64,000 nucleotides of DNA from positions 115,818,001 to 115,882,000 of the forward strand of contig CM059431.1 in NCBI GenBank assembly GCA_030390025.1, in the 5' to 3' direction. The notes beneath the pieces are model-generated. The model was not told the origin of the DNA. It saw only the letters and a program-made list of their open reading frames with translations, and did not search any database. A program made the translations under genes and the position numbers. Of this stretch, positions 1 through 12,746 are shown one piece after another (positions within the stretch are counted from its first letter, which is position 1; each line of letters opens with the position of its first letter). The DNA comes from Squalus acanthias. Lineage: Eukaryota.

Positions 1-1201
1 AGTGGTGCTCAGTGTGGGGAGTGGTGCTCAGTGTGGGGACTGGTGCTCAGTGTGGGGAGTGATGCTCAATATGGGGAGTGGTGCTCAGTGTGGGGAGTGG
101 TGCTCAGTGTGGGGAGTGGTGTTCAGTGTGGGGAGTGATGCTCAGGGTCAGGAGTGGTGCTCAGTGTGGGGAGTGGTGCTCAGTGTGGGGAGTGATACTC
201 AGTGTGGGGAGTGGTGCTCAGTGTGGGGAATGGTGCCCAGGGTGGGGACTGATGCTCAGTGTGGGGAGTGGTGCTCAGTGTGGGGAGTGGTGCTCAGTGT
301 GGGGAGTGATGCTCAGTGTGGGGAGTGGTGCTCAGGATCGGGAGTGGTGCTCAGTGTGGGGAATGGTGCCCAGGGTGGGGAGTGGTGCTCAGTGTGGGGA
401 GTGATGCTCAGGGTCAGGAGTGACGCTCAGTGTGGGGAGTGGTGCTCAGGGTCAGGAGTGACGCTCAGTGTGGGGACTGATGCACAGTGTGGGGAGTGGT
501 GCTCAGTGTGGGGCATGATGCACAGTGTGGGGAGTGATGCTCAGTGTGGGGAGTGACGCTCAGTGTGGGGAATGGTGCACAGTGTGGGGAGTGGTGCTCA
601 GTGTGGGGAGTGGTGCTCAGTGTGGGGAGTGATGATCAGGGTGGTGAGTGATGCTCAGGGTGGGGAGTGATGCTCAGTGTGGGGAGTGGTGCTCAGTGTG
701 GGGAGTGATGATCAGGGTGGTGAGTGATGATCAGGGTGGTGAGTGATGCTCAGGGTGGGGAGTGATGCTCAGTGTGGGGAGTGGTGCTCAGTGTGGGGAG
801 TGGTGCTCAGTGTGGGGAGTGATGCTCAGTGTGGGGAGTGATGATCAGGGTGGTGAGTGATGCTCAGGGTGGGGAGTGATGCTCAGTGTGGGGAGTGATG
901 TTCAGTGTGGGGAGTGATGCTCAGTGTGGGGAGTGGTGCTCAGTGTGGGGAGTGGTGTTCAGTGTGGGGAGTGATGCTCAGTGTGGGGAGTGGTGCTCAG
1001 TGTGGGGAGTGACGCTCAGTGTGGGGAGTGGTGCTCAGTGTGGGGAATGGTGCTCAGTGTGGGGAGTGGTGCTCAGTGTGGGGAGTGATGCTCAGTGTGG
1101 GGAGTGGTGCTCAGTGTGGGGAGTGATGCTCAGTGTGGGGAGTGATGCTCAGTGTGGGGAGTGGTGCTCAGTGTGGGGAGTGATGATCAGGGTGGGGAGT
1201 G
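1..1201. repeat. G-rich minisatellite, 19-bp unit (AGTG[G/A]TGCTCAGTGTGGGG)n, runs off the window start
   Basis: Unit is directly visible and repeated about 60 times with variants. ORF translations show the 19-aa periodicity expected of a 19-nt repeat. Confidence 0.97.
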
Positions 1202-1209
1202 GTTTCATA

Positions 1210-1612
1210 CTATAACCTCGACCCCTATGTTTTCTTTTCTCTCTCACATGGCAGCTGTTGATGATTCTGTCAGTGTCATTTACACCTCATCTAGAGTCAT
1301 CTTTTGTTTCTTAACTTGTCCCATTACCATCTCCTTTTGCCTGCACCATCATCCCTCTTGTCTTTTAATCTCTCCTGCCTTCCATCCTATCACAGACCTT
1401 CCCTTTGTTCTGTTCTCCCCTCCTCCCTTTCCCTGCCCTACACTTGCTTAAAAATCTGTTACTTCTCCAATTTTTTCCAGTTCTGACGAAGTGTCAACGA
1501 CCTGAAGCGTTAACTCTGTTTCTCTCTCCACAGATGCTGCCTGACCTCCTGTGTGTTTCCAGCATTTTCTGTTGTTATTTCAGATATCCAGCATCTGCAG
1601 TATTTTGCTATT
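1210..1612 (+). mobile_element. Penelope-like element terminal remnant with degenerate hammerhead core
   Basis: A pyrimidine-rich tract leads into CTGACGA...GAAGCGTTAACTCTGTTTCTCTCTCCACAGATGCTGCCTGACC...CCAGCATCTGCAGTATTTTG. The same ~130-bp tail recurs at 41591 (+) and 58160 (-). Confidence 0.65.
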
Positions 1613-2064
1613 GAACAATAGTACAATACTTTCAGAAGTTCACAGAATTCACAGAATCCCCACAATGCAGATAGAGGCCATTTCGGCCCATCGAGCCTGC
1701 ACCGACACATATCCCTCCCTATCCCCGTAACCCCACGTTATAGGTTGTCACCTATTAATATAAATAATTAATTTTAAACAAATGCAAACCAGTATAAACA
1801 AATGAAAGAAAATCAGCTGCTGTCATATTGCTTGGAACATGTAACAAAATATAATGATTCCACTTTGAAATTGTTCAAAATTTAATTTGTCACACATAAA
1901 ATAGACTGTAAGCAATTGCTTGAATATAGTAACCTAAATTGTTTCATCAAAACTGTGTAACTGTTTTATGTCTATTGTAGTACATACCATACTTCCAGCA
2001 GTGTTCAGCTTAGCAGAGCAAGTTCGCCGCTGTCCAAAAGGATTCTTGAACTTATTGACACCTT

Positions 2065-2955
2065 GGGGGAAAAATTCAGTTGGTTGTACCTCCCGTTAGC
2101 GCCTTAAGAGGGCGCTAATGGGGCGCAAAGCATCTAGCGCACGAGCGCGGCGATGTTTGCGCCGCTCGCGAAATTAACTAGACATTTTGCGGCGGCGCTA
2201 AACACTACCGCCACGCTCTCCTGCGCCGCAGATCGTGACATCAGTCGAGTGCGCAACACCCCGGTATCGCCCCGGAGCGGATATTGAGTGGCGCCCCCTG
2301 CCTTACCGCCTGCCGCTAACAACGACAGGTTGAGGGGAGCGTTTTGCAGTCAGGAAGGGACTGGGGGAGCGCTATTTAAAGGCGACCGCTTCCTGCTTTT
2401 TATTGTTGGTGACATTTTTGAACAACGCTTTCTGAGAGAGAGAGAGAGAGACGTCTGGAGAGATTCAACGCTGTGTAAAGGAGTTTTGGGTACTGAGCAG
2501 CACTTTGCAGGTTCATTTTGATTTTCCCTTCCTTGTATCGATTTAGAAGAGACTGTGGGGGCTGCACTCTGAGCTCTTTCCCTGGTACTCTCCATTGTTC
2601 TTTCCAGCAGATTTGACGTGCAGGTCTCTCCAGGCCGAGATTCAAGGCTGCAATGAGCAGGATGTGGATGGAGAGCAAGATCAACCCACCCCTTTAAGAA
2701 CTGGCCCACGCCATTGTGTGTGTGTTCCATTGCTGACTGACATCACATGAGCTTCGCCAGCGCTCTGAGGTAACGCCTCACTCCTCGGCCTTTGCGCCTT
2801 AAGACAGCTGTGAAGCACCTGATTTAACGCTCCAATCACCTCCAGGGGCGATAAAAGTCAAGTTTGCAGTCGGTGGCGATAATTAGCGCCAGCGCTAATC
2901 TTTGCGCCCGGCCGATAATTGCGCCCCAAATGGGGCGATACTGAATTTCTCCCCC
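2065..2955. mobile_element. Non-autonomous TIR element (MITE, probably Harbinger-type)
   Basis: TIR GGGGGAAAAATTCAGT / ACTGAATTTCTCCCCC (15 of 16 match). CpG-rich subterminal inverted motifs (TTAGCGCC, GGGGCGCAA). Flanks CTT/ATT. Confidence 0.75.
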
Positions 2956-4644
2956 ATTAAGTGTTATGCCTGAAATGTGACAAACACATGTTAGCATGCA
3001 CGTTGTGCACACATACATACAGTCTAGCTGATATCCTGCGATACTGGTCATGGTGATTCAGAGGTTCTGCTGTTGCAATGGTTGGGGAGGGATGCGGGGA
3101 TATGGACGTGGGGAGAGGAGCACATTTTCAAAGAGAAATTTTGAAAGAGGTTTGTAAGAGGTCTCCCAAGTGATAGTGAACCATGTAATTATTTTTAAAA
3201 ATATTAGTTTCCGGAAAATGAATAGCATTTTACTCACCATCTGCAGGTACCATGATTACGTCAATAAATTTGTTCATATGAAGAATAATTGCTTTCAAAT
3301 TTCAGTATAAACAAATAAAAAAGGTAGTTGTGATAACATGTATCAAAATATTCTGTATTTTAATCTTCCCATTTCTGTGTCTTCTCTCTCCGTCTCTCAC
3401 TCTGTATCTGCCTATGCATCTGCCTCTCTGTCTGTAAAAATAAACTCCTGAAAATAATTTACCTACGAAACCCAAAAATGTTCTAAAGTTCACGCTTCAA
3501 CTTGTTTGCACATCTTTAGGAAAGGCAAACCAATAATTATAGCTCGAATCCTCACACGTCAAGTTGTACCACAGATTGTCTGCAGACAAGCATACTGAAG
3601 CCTGTTGGGAGTTTTCTCTGTGGTGCACACGGCCACACTGCAGGATGCTGGGAATTGTCGGCACAGGTGCTTGGCTGTTGTGGCCGTCTCTTCCATTACA
3701 GTGATGGCTCTGGGAGGAACTGAGTCAAATTCTGGACTTCTCAGTGAAGTAGGGACCTCCAACCGAAAACAATGCCGCAGACATTTCAAGCACAGAAGAT
3801 ACAATTCTTCAGGTAAGTTTAATCAATTTCCTGTCAATTTTGTAATCTTTAATTATTACTGTGCTACAAGCCTGATTTTCAGAGCAAATGCTGTATTCAC
3901 TGAAAAATACAAGAAGGAGGCAGGAAGAATTTTCAAACAACATTTAAAGCAATTTAGTTGGCATTGCTTCTGCTCCTTGTTATCGACACCTGTTGCTGAC
4001 TGGTGATTTTTTGATCGGAAGTTTTTGAAATTGCTGCCTGGTAATTTTCATTCCCGATTGCTGTGTATTGATTGGACTGCACTGTACCTGATGAGTTGTG
4101 ATTATTTTTGCTGATTTAGGAATATAAAAATTTGAGCCAATCAACTGCAAGAAATTTGTATACCCGTGTGATGGTCAAAATCTGATACCTGAAGTATGAT
4201 CCCATAGTATGAGGAGGAAGTGTGACACAAGATGCATTATGGACAAAACCTCCACTAAACAACCCATAGCAGAAGCCCCATAGAGTTGCTCACAGTAAGT
4301 TAGAGGATATGCTGTTATATAATTACAGTGTTATACCATAACATTTTAATTTTAATTTTAATCAGCAATATGATTTTAAAGTGCTAGTGTGCTGCCTCTG
4401 CCAACCTAGCTAATAGCATTGTAAGTTTCCAGCTATCTACTGTAACAGCTGCTCAAACAGTGAGCATAGGTTCCGCTTACCGGCAGCTCGTTCCAACCTC
4501 TAATACTGAATAGTGCCAGTGAGCTGCGTGCTTGCCGTCTATATGGCCAGCTGTTATAGTAACCAACTGGAAACCTACTTCAATGTTAGGCGTGTGAAGA
4601 AAAGAGGAATACGGGCATCTTAAAACATATTACTGACTGAAATT

Positions 4645-5165
4645 TTTTTTTTATTCGCTTATGAGATCTGGGCGTCGCTGGCAAGGCCAGCATTTATTGC
4701 CCATCCCTAATTGCCCTTGAGAAGGTGGTGGTGAGCCACCTTCTTGAACCACTGCAGTCCGTGTGGTGAAGGTACACCCACAGTGCTGTTAGGGAGGGAG
4801 TTCCAGGATTTTGACCCAGCGACGATGAAGGATCAGCGATATATTTCCAAGTCAGGATGGTGTGTGACTTGGAGGGGGACTTGGAGGTGGTGGTGTTCCC
4901 ACGCGCCTGCTGCCCTTGTCCTTCTAGGTGGAAGAGGTCGCGGGTTTGGGAGGTGCTGCCGAAGAAGCCTTGGCGAGTTGCTGCAGTGCATCTTGTAGAT
5001 GATACACACTGCAGCCACGGTACGCCGGTGGTGGAGGGAGTGAATGTTTAAGGTGGTGGATGGGGTGCCAATCAAACGGGCTGCTTTGTCCTGGATGGTG
5101 TCGAGCTTCTTGAGTGTTGTTGCAACTGCACTCATCCAGGCAAGTGGAGATTATTCCATCACACA
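4645..5165 (-). mobile_element. CR1/Jockey-group LINE 3' fragment (ORF2 C-terminus, 3'UTR, A tail)
   Basis: Minus-strand ORF KKLDTIQDKAARLIGTP...HRRTVAAVCIIYKMH resembles a LINE ORF2 C-terminus. Poly-T at 4644-4652. Second copy at 46012-46378. Confidence 0.85.
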
Positions 5166-5767
5166 AATTGAGTATAACTCTTGGGTCTCACGCTCTCTCT
5201 CTTTGTGTAATTCTCTCCTTAAGTCTCTCTCCATTCTTCTTGACAAGAAATGGGGTGCAATGGACAAGACGGGCGAGTTCGATAATCGGTTTATATATAT
5301 TAATGGATCTCTCTTGGCATTGCTTATGGCGAGGCAAATTTGTTTTATAAGGACAGGTGTGTTATATCATTTCCTGTACCATATCCGATCCAGCTCCGAT
5401 GAAGCTATGTCCGTTTATGGAAACAAAATCCAATTGTTGTTGAGTAAACAAAGGTTCAGGTCATTCAGAGTTTAATTGATATTTTGTCATGGAACTTTGC
5501 AGATTGAAATATACTTGTCAGCTTCAGGCTGGAGGTTACAAGTGCAGTTCAGAAGTGCCCAGCATTGTAAGGTTGTTTATCATCTGTAACACAGTTTGAC
5601 GTGTGGAGAGTGATATCTATATATCTGTGTCATTATAAAATGCATTTTTGCTCATTCATGTTGGTGTGGGAATGGCCTCTATATTTTACGTGCCATATTC
5701 AAGGCCATTTCCATCCTGATGCTCCAAGGAAACTCCAATGTATTATCGTATAAATGAACCATGGACA

Positions 5768-6368
5768 CTACTGCAATTATATAGGGCCCTGGTGAGACCA
5801 CACCTGGAGTATTGTGTACAGTTTTGGTCTCCTTACCTAAGGAAGGGTCTACTTGCCATAGAGGGAGTGCAATGAAGGTTCACCAGACTGATTCCTGGGA
5901 TGGGGGGATTGTCCTATGAGGTGAGATTGAGTAGACGAGGCCTATATTCTCTAGAGTTTAGAAGAATGAGAGGTGATCTCATTGAAACATACAAAATTCT
6001 TACAAGGCTTGACAGGGTAGATGCAGAGAGGATGTTTCCCCTGGCTGGGGAGTCGAGAACCAGGGGTCACAGTCTCAGAATAAGGGGTCGGCCATTTAGG
6101 ACTGAGATGAGGAGAAATTTCTTCGCTCAGACAGTGGTGAATCTTTGGAATTCTCTACACCAGAGGGCTGTGGAGGCTCAGTCGTTGAGTATATTCAAGA
6201 CAGAGATTGATAGATTTTTGAATATTAAGGGAGTCAAGGGATATGGGGACAGTGTAGGAAAGTGGAGATGAGGTAGAAGATCAGCCATGATCTTATTGAA
6301 TGGCGGAGCAGGCTCGAAGGACCAAATGGCCTACTCCTGCTCCTATTTCTTATGTTCTTATGTTCTTA
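5768..6368 (+). mobile_element. CR1 LINE, 5'-truncated
   Basis: [15 protein letters not shown]...LYSLEFRRMRGDLIETYKI...RTRGHSLRI motifs, followed by a 3'UTR ending in (TTCTTATG)n. Confidence 0.93.
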
Positions 6369-6870
6369 AGAGGGTCCAGAGGAGATTTACCAGAATGGTT
6401 CCGGGGATGGGGGATCTTAGCTACAAGGACAGGTTGGAGAAGCTGGATTTGTTTTCATTAGAGCAAAGGAGGTTGAGGTGTGATTTGATAGAGGTGTACA
6501 AGAATATGACGGGTTTGGATAGGCTAGACGGGGAAAGGCTGTTCCCACTAGTTGATTGTACAAGGACTAGAGGACACAGATTTAAGGTTTTGGGCATGAG
6601 ATACAGGGGGGATGTGAGGAAAAACTTTTTTACGCAGCGAGTGGCGAGGACCTGGAATTCGCTGCCGACGGAAGTGGTGGAAGCGGAGATTGTTTTCAAG
6701 GGGAGACTGGATAGGCACTTGAGCGAAATAAACTTGCAGGGCTACAGGGATAGAGCAGGGGAATGGGACTGACTGGATTGCTCTACAGAGAGCCGGCACG
6801 GACTTGATGGGCCGAATGGCCTCCTTCTGTGCCGTATGACTCTATGACTATGACTCTATGACCCTATGAT
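6369..6870 (+). mobile_element. CR1 LINE of a second subfamily, 5'-truncated, head-to-tail with the preceding copy
   Basis: RVQRRFTRMVPGM...LFSLEQRRLRCDLIEVYK...RTRGHRFKV, with an (ACTCTATG)n-type tail. Confidence 0.92.
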
Positions 6871-8896
6871 TCTTAGAAGCTCTGTTAATGATTGTATAGT
6901 GACATGAAATGGCACTTCAATGCTTTGAATAAAACAGCAAGTCAGCTTATTGGTCTGGAGACTGATGTACTATCTGAAAAGGAAACTCAAGCTTCACAAT
7001 CTCAATATTTGGTAAGTGTTTCTTTTGTAACAATCCTGAGGGAGTGGGCCATGGAAAGCTGAAGTAATGGCACCTCCCACCTCTGGGGAAGGAGAGGGGG
7101 GATGTTGGATATATAAGGCAAAACAGAGAGAGTAAGAAAAAAAGAGAAAAAGATTTTTTAAAAATGAAGTACCATTGCAGTTGCTAAATGCTATCATTGT
7201 TACTGTTTATTATTTTAGTATTAAATACACACTGTTTTATATGCATAACTGGGTCTGGAAGAAATTGAAGAGCCTGCTAGTGATGCTTATGTAGGTTTTC
7301 CCACTGTTTCCAAGTGAAATGAATTAGTTTCATTTTACTAATTGCCAAATTGAAGTTTTTTTTTGTGCTGACACTTTGAAATATAAATGGTGGGTTTTGA
7401 ATTTTCTGTGGTTTTGTTCAGTGTTCTGTTTTTACAAGAAACTCCAACCTTATGCTTTTTCAGAAAGAAAAATGCTAATTTTTTATGAGATCTGTTGAGA
7501 ATCCAAAACAGCAAAATAGAAAACAAAAATTTGAACAACTGTTTCCAATAAGCACTAGTCAAATGAGGAGACAATAGGATTTTATTCAGCCAGTCTTCAT
7601 TTTTTTTAATTTTAAGAAGCAAAGACCATTTCCGGCTAATGTTTATACAGTCCAGTCCATGCCAGAAAACTGTCCAAAATAAAGCAATCTATGTAGAACA
7701 GGATAAGATATTTGAGATTTCCTGATTTCTGGAAAGACAGAACAAGGGCCAATTAAATAACTTTCTTCCTTAAATTCTTCTGTGCTCAATCTGGGAGCTA
7801 TTACTTTTTCCACTGAGAGTTTCCTTTCATAAAGATTCTTGTGCAGTTAGAGGGGCAGAGTACAGAAAACAGAAATTTGTAACATTTTTACTGAAAATAA
7901 ACAGCACAGAAGTAACAGGTGTCTAAGTTCAATAATGCTGACAGAAACTTTCTCTGAAAATTTACTGCCAAGAACAACAGCCTTAGCTGAGCCATGGAAG
8001 CATAGACTTGTGTCTTTTTTTTACCTAAAATGGCATTATAGTGAAGGGAATTGATTGGCTCGTAAAACCAGATAGTGACCTATCACCAAAAAAGGCTCAC
8101 ACAGTACAATAAATAAACCAAAATAATGTGTAGTTTATTAGTGTTGTGTTAGTACACTGTGACAGTAGAGTTATGAGTTTGTGTGCGCATAGGTCAGAGT
8201 TTTATGTTGCAACTGTATTATTAGTACCTCCCTTTGATTCATCTTTTTGAGCACAGTGGGAAGGGCAAGTTCTATTATATTGGTGTGGGTTTAGTCCATG
8301 TCCGACAGGTTTCCAGTTTTATTTATTTTAAAGAATAAAAGAAAGATGTACTTCATCACATCTCTCAGAAATGTCTCAATGCATTTCACAAACAATGGAT
8401 TACTTTGAAGCTTTTCAAGCTGAGCAAGGTAAAGGACGGTGTTGACGGGAATAGACACATTGGGGCAACTAATGTCAGCACCAAATACATCCGGGTTAGA
8501 TAGAGTATTGCTAGAAGCACACAAAAAGCTCCCTCCACTCTGCTCTAAAAATGTCTTAACCTCATCTTTACCTCAATTTCCTCCATTTTTGTACAACATT
8601 CATCTTTGTCTTGTTTCTTAATAAGATTGTCAATTAATGCTGCCTTCTGAGCAGTTTTATGCTATGTATCATTACTCACCGAAAGCTGGGTGGAGACTAC
8701 TTAAACTTATTTCACGTAGGACGCTTACAACCAACAAAGAGGGGAAACGTTTAGCTCTTTAAGGCTGGGATGGATTTTAATTCAGGTCTTGTAGGTGAAA
8801 GGGTGGTGTCTAACCCACTGTGCCAAACAGTACACCAACCCCTAAGCTTTTCTGTTCAACTCAAAGAAGCCAAAAGTTTATGGGATTCCAATGGAA

Positions 8897-9347
8897 GGGG
8901 TAATAAATTAGGTTGGGACCCGGGCCTTCCCCACGAGTTTCCAGCAGCTTGTTTAGGGCAGAGCCTCAGCCCATGCAAGAGGGAGTGTAGCCAAAGTGTG
9001 GAGATTCCCAGGCAGGGAGTTTCCATGACCCCCGCCTGGCAGAACATTGGCAGGCTGATGTGCTGAGAGAAAGCTAGCATACCGGCCTGTCAATCAACCT
9101 GGGCGTAGTCTACCTGGACCCTCAAAGACAGTAAAATATTTAAGTTAATTTTTCAACTAAGTGAGGAATGTTTCCGGGGAGCCGCCAACATCCTCCACCC
9201 CAGTGTGGCCAGACTACACCAGGGTTCCTGTCCTTCCCCCACAATGGCAGGCACCCAAGATGCATCCCTAATGGCATGGGTACCCGCTCAGTGTAGATGG
9301 ATTCCAACATTTACACTGGGGTAGCAGGCCCATGGGATTTTATGCCC
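8897..9347. mobile_element. Degenerate MITE (possible Harbinger derivative)
   Basis: GGG...CCC ends with weak TIR similarity. GAA on both flanks. GC-rich interior against AT-rich flanks. Confidence 0.4.
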
Positions 9348-10204
9348 GAAATATATTGGTGTAGCAGCCAGATCTCATTCAGTATGTGTTACATTTAGTT
9401 GAAAGCTCATGTATCTGTCGTACATGGATTACATGTAGGTAGAAAATTGCGTTGAGGAAACTGATTTTAAATTACCAGGAAATTGGCTTACAGATGCAAT
9501 CCATAGCAGCACAGAGTCCTTCTGAATACACAAAGTATTTTTTTTTACATGACAGATATCACTGAAATCTTTCTATAACACAAATCACTAATCTCAGCAG
9601 GAACGGTTAATGAATGCAAGACATCAATGTATTTAGCTTGATGTCAGAAACCCGTTGACCAATATCCTTTGTCGATGCACGAACAGTCTTGTGCTTCATT
9701 TATACGGGAAGCTGAATTTGAAAACTTTGCTTGCAGCTTGTTTAAATTGCCCTGTTTATACTGTGAGAAAGTTTCAGCAACATAAAAGAGAAATATCGAA
9801 GGGTGATTCCACAATCCAGCACTCCCAGTGGGGAGCGGCACTCACAAGGATTGTGTCTTGGGGAATTGCGGTCTGCCTCTGGCATGTGTCCATAGGGGAA
9901 AAAGTGTGTGGGAAAATCTTTGAAGTGCCCATAGGTTGCAAATGATCCTGATTGGCTCAATTCTGTTATTCATTGAAAAGAAATACAAGAGCAAAAGCTT
10001 TGCTGCCGGCATTGAGCTTCGTTAAGCGCAATTGTGCGTCAGAGATAGGACTAGAATACTATAGCCTCGATTGTCTGACCCATGCTTATCACTAGCAAGG
10101 CTCAAGATCATTAGTGGAACCGTACAAAATTACCCCTTATGCATAAAACTATTTTCTCACTATCTCTATTACCACAGCATTGTCAATGAATAACTGACAA
10201 TTAC

Positions 10205-10600
10205 ATATAATTTAGAGCACAGAAGTAGGGCATTCGGCCCAACTGGTTTGTGCAGGTGTTTATGCTCCACACGAGCCTCCTCTCACCCTACTTCATCTAA
10301 CCCCATCAGCATATCCTTCTATTCTTTTCTCCCCCATCTACTTATCCAGCTTCCCCTTAAATGCATCTATTCTACTCATCTCAACTACTCCATGTGGTAG
10401 CAAGTTCCACATTCCAACCACTCTCTGGGTTAAGAAGTCTCTCCTTAATTCCTTATTGGATTTATTAGTGACTATCTTACATTTATGGCCCCTTGTTTAT
10501 GGACTCCCCCACAAATGGAAACATCTTCCCTACTCTACCCTATCGAACCCCTTCAGAATTTTAAGAAACTCAATTAGGTCACCCCTCAGTCTTCTCTTTT
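10205..10600 (-). mobile_element. CR1 LINE 3' fragment
   Basis: Reverse complement of the CR1 ORF2 end and 3'UTR (e.g. CCAACCACTCTCTGGGT, GCACAGAAGTAGGGCATTCGGCCC). Confidence 0.8.
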
Positions 10601-11079
10601 CTTTTTTTCTTCTTTTCTTTTAGTGACAATTGTCACTAAGGGGTCAATGAATAATTTTTTTATTAATCTGGTTTCAATGGTCATGTTGCTTTCCCATGCG
10701 GCGAGTTGTGCCTCGTTTGCACCAATGAGTCGGGACTTGAACCCTACGAGGCTCTGTAGAGCTCAGTTGCCAGAACTTGGGGGATCAGCTCATTTAAGTA
10801 TCCATTGGCCATTCTCTCGTGCAAATTCCTTGTAAAACAGGAGTAATACACTGGGGTGCTTGGAAATCAGAGTGCAGCCTTTAAAAAAGCCAATTCTAGA
10901 TGAAGATTCCAGCAGCAGGTCGGGGGAGCAGAGGATAATTTGTTAAGTGTTTGGCTCACTGAGTTGACTGTCAGACAGCTTGAATGGATTTTGTCCCACC
11001 TCCACTGTCTTCATGGAGGGTACGGCAGTGGCAGCTGAAGAAGGGGCAAAGGCATTTTAAGAGGAATCAAAGAAGATCT

Positions 11080-11270
11080 CACAATTTAGTGAGACCAACC
11101 TTCAAATGTTCCTCAACTGAACAAAGGAGAGAGACACTTCTGGGTGCCCATAGAAGGAAGCCACAAACGTTGTCTCATGCCATGTCACTGGATGCCAACT
11201 CTCTCACTCCCAGAACTGCAGACCAGTGCAACAAGAAGTTCAATGACCTGACAAGGGCAGGCATGGTAAC
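11080..11270 (+). pseudogene. Decayed Harbinger Myb/SANT-like exon 1
   Basis: QRRETLLG...RKP...NSLTPRTADQCNKKFNDLTRAG followed by GTAAC. Matches the RTWxQCRKRFNDL motif of the other Myb copies here. Confidence 0.6.
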
Positions 11271-12424
11271 ACACAGGCCTTTTCTTCCTTAGGCACCCTG
11301 GGCACCAGCAAACTCTTTACCCTTGAAAATAACAGCTGCACAACTCATACTTCACACTGCATGATGGTTAGTGGGCCACTAACTTGGGACCTCACAGTAT
11401 GTGTCACCATAGCCAATCTATTATCAAAACTACTTTCTTTCAGCTATGCAACGGCTCCCGTCTCTCATCCTACCACTGTCCCTGTGCTGCCAAAGCACTA
11501 ATCCACATTTTAATAACCTAACAGCAGGACTTCTTCAATTTTCCCTTCGCCAGCCTTCCTGCTTTCACTATCTATGAATTACTAGTCATCAAGAATGCTA
11601 TGGCTTGTGTCCTTACCTTCTTACGGAAATTGGCAGCCAGAAGATCCCTGTGATAATTTGAGATTTTACTTATTCGGCCTGGAAAGAATTTCGGCTTAAT
11701 TTTTATGTTTTTTTTTTATGGCGTTAGAATCAGTTCACAAAAGTTTAACTGTGGAGAGGCACAAGATATTTGATTTATTGTATGGACAAATTAGTTGGAA
11801 TATCAACCATCTCAGAATTGTGCATTCCTGTATACCAGATCAGTTTGAGACAATGGAGCACATCAACATCTTTTAGAGATATTTGTCAGTCTAATGCTAG
11901 AATGGGTTCCATGTAGAGGTGCCCAGCAGGAGACTTGGCTAAACAATAGAGCTGCTATGGCTCCCACACCAAAGGGGAATGTTTCTTATTCGAGGTGGTA
12001 GCTTTGGTTAGCAGCTTTGTGAGACAGTCCTCAACACAGAGATTTGAAGGAGGGGTCAGAGCTCAAACTTTTGACTTTATCTCTGTCTGGCAGTTAATCT
12101 TCGGCCAATTTGAGTCTGGAGCAGTGGAGGAAGCAATACGGTCCCGTTTTCTCTCTAGTTTATGTCATTGCACACAATATTGAGCAAAACAATTCAACAA
12201 GGTTAACAGAAAGGGACAGAAGAAAAAAAATCTGTTTAATTTTTCAATGCTGGCAATAACTTTTTGTGCTGATCAAAGCAAGAAACGTAATACTTTTTCC
12301 AGTATACAAATTCAACTTCCCTCCAGTTTGCCCCATCAAGGTGCTTTACACTCATTGCACACGTGTGAATACTGCTCCAGTGTGATTTTTTCCATTCCCC
12401 ATACCACCTATCCTATGACCTCTA

Positions 12425-12622
12425 AGGAATGAGATTGCCAATTAGTGCCAAGTTACAGGCAGTTTTATAGACTTGCACTCATTAGATTGAGAGTGTTCAG
12501 ATTTGTTCCTTACAGTGAGCGGACACAGGAGACCCTCCATTCGATCAGACTGAGCTGGATTTGAATCCAGGTTCCAAAGGTGAAAGTACAGAGAGCAAAT
12601 CCACTGCATATCCCAGTACCCC
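12425..12622 (-). mobile_element. LF-SINE-like ancient tRNA-derived SINE relic
   Basis: Reverse complement contains CTTTCACCTTTGG..GGATTCAAATCCAGCTCAG (B-box-like) and TTGGCACTAATTGGCA, as I recall from the LF-SINE consensus. Confidence 0.55.
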
Positions 12623-12746
12623 CTCCTTGATTTTGTGTCTTTTAATGATAGGCATTATTGCCATGGCTCAGATTTATTCCTTCCCCCTTCACTGTTTCTA
12701 ATGAAGGGAGAAAAATGACCAGAGAATGGGACAAGCCTGTGTAACA

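Noticed and set aside
2..1215. Cys/Trp/Gly-rich repetitive ORFs, and a CRISPR-like appearance
   Set aside because: These are translations of a 19-bp minisatellite. There are no unique spacers and no cas genes.
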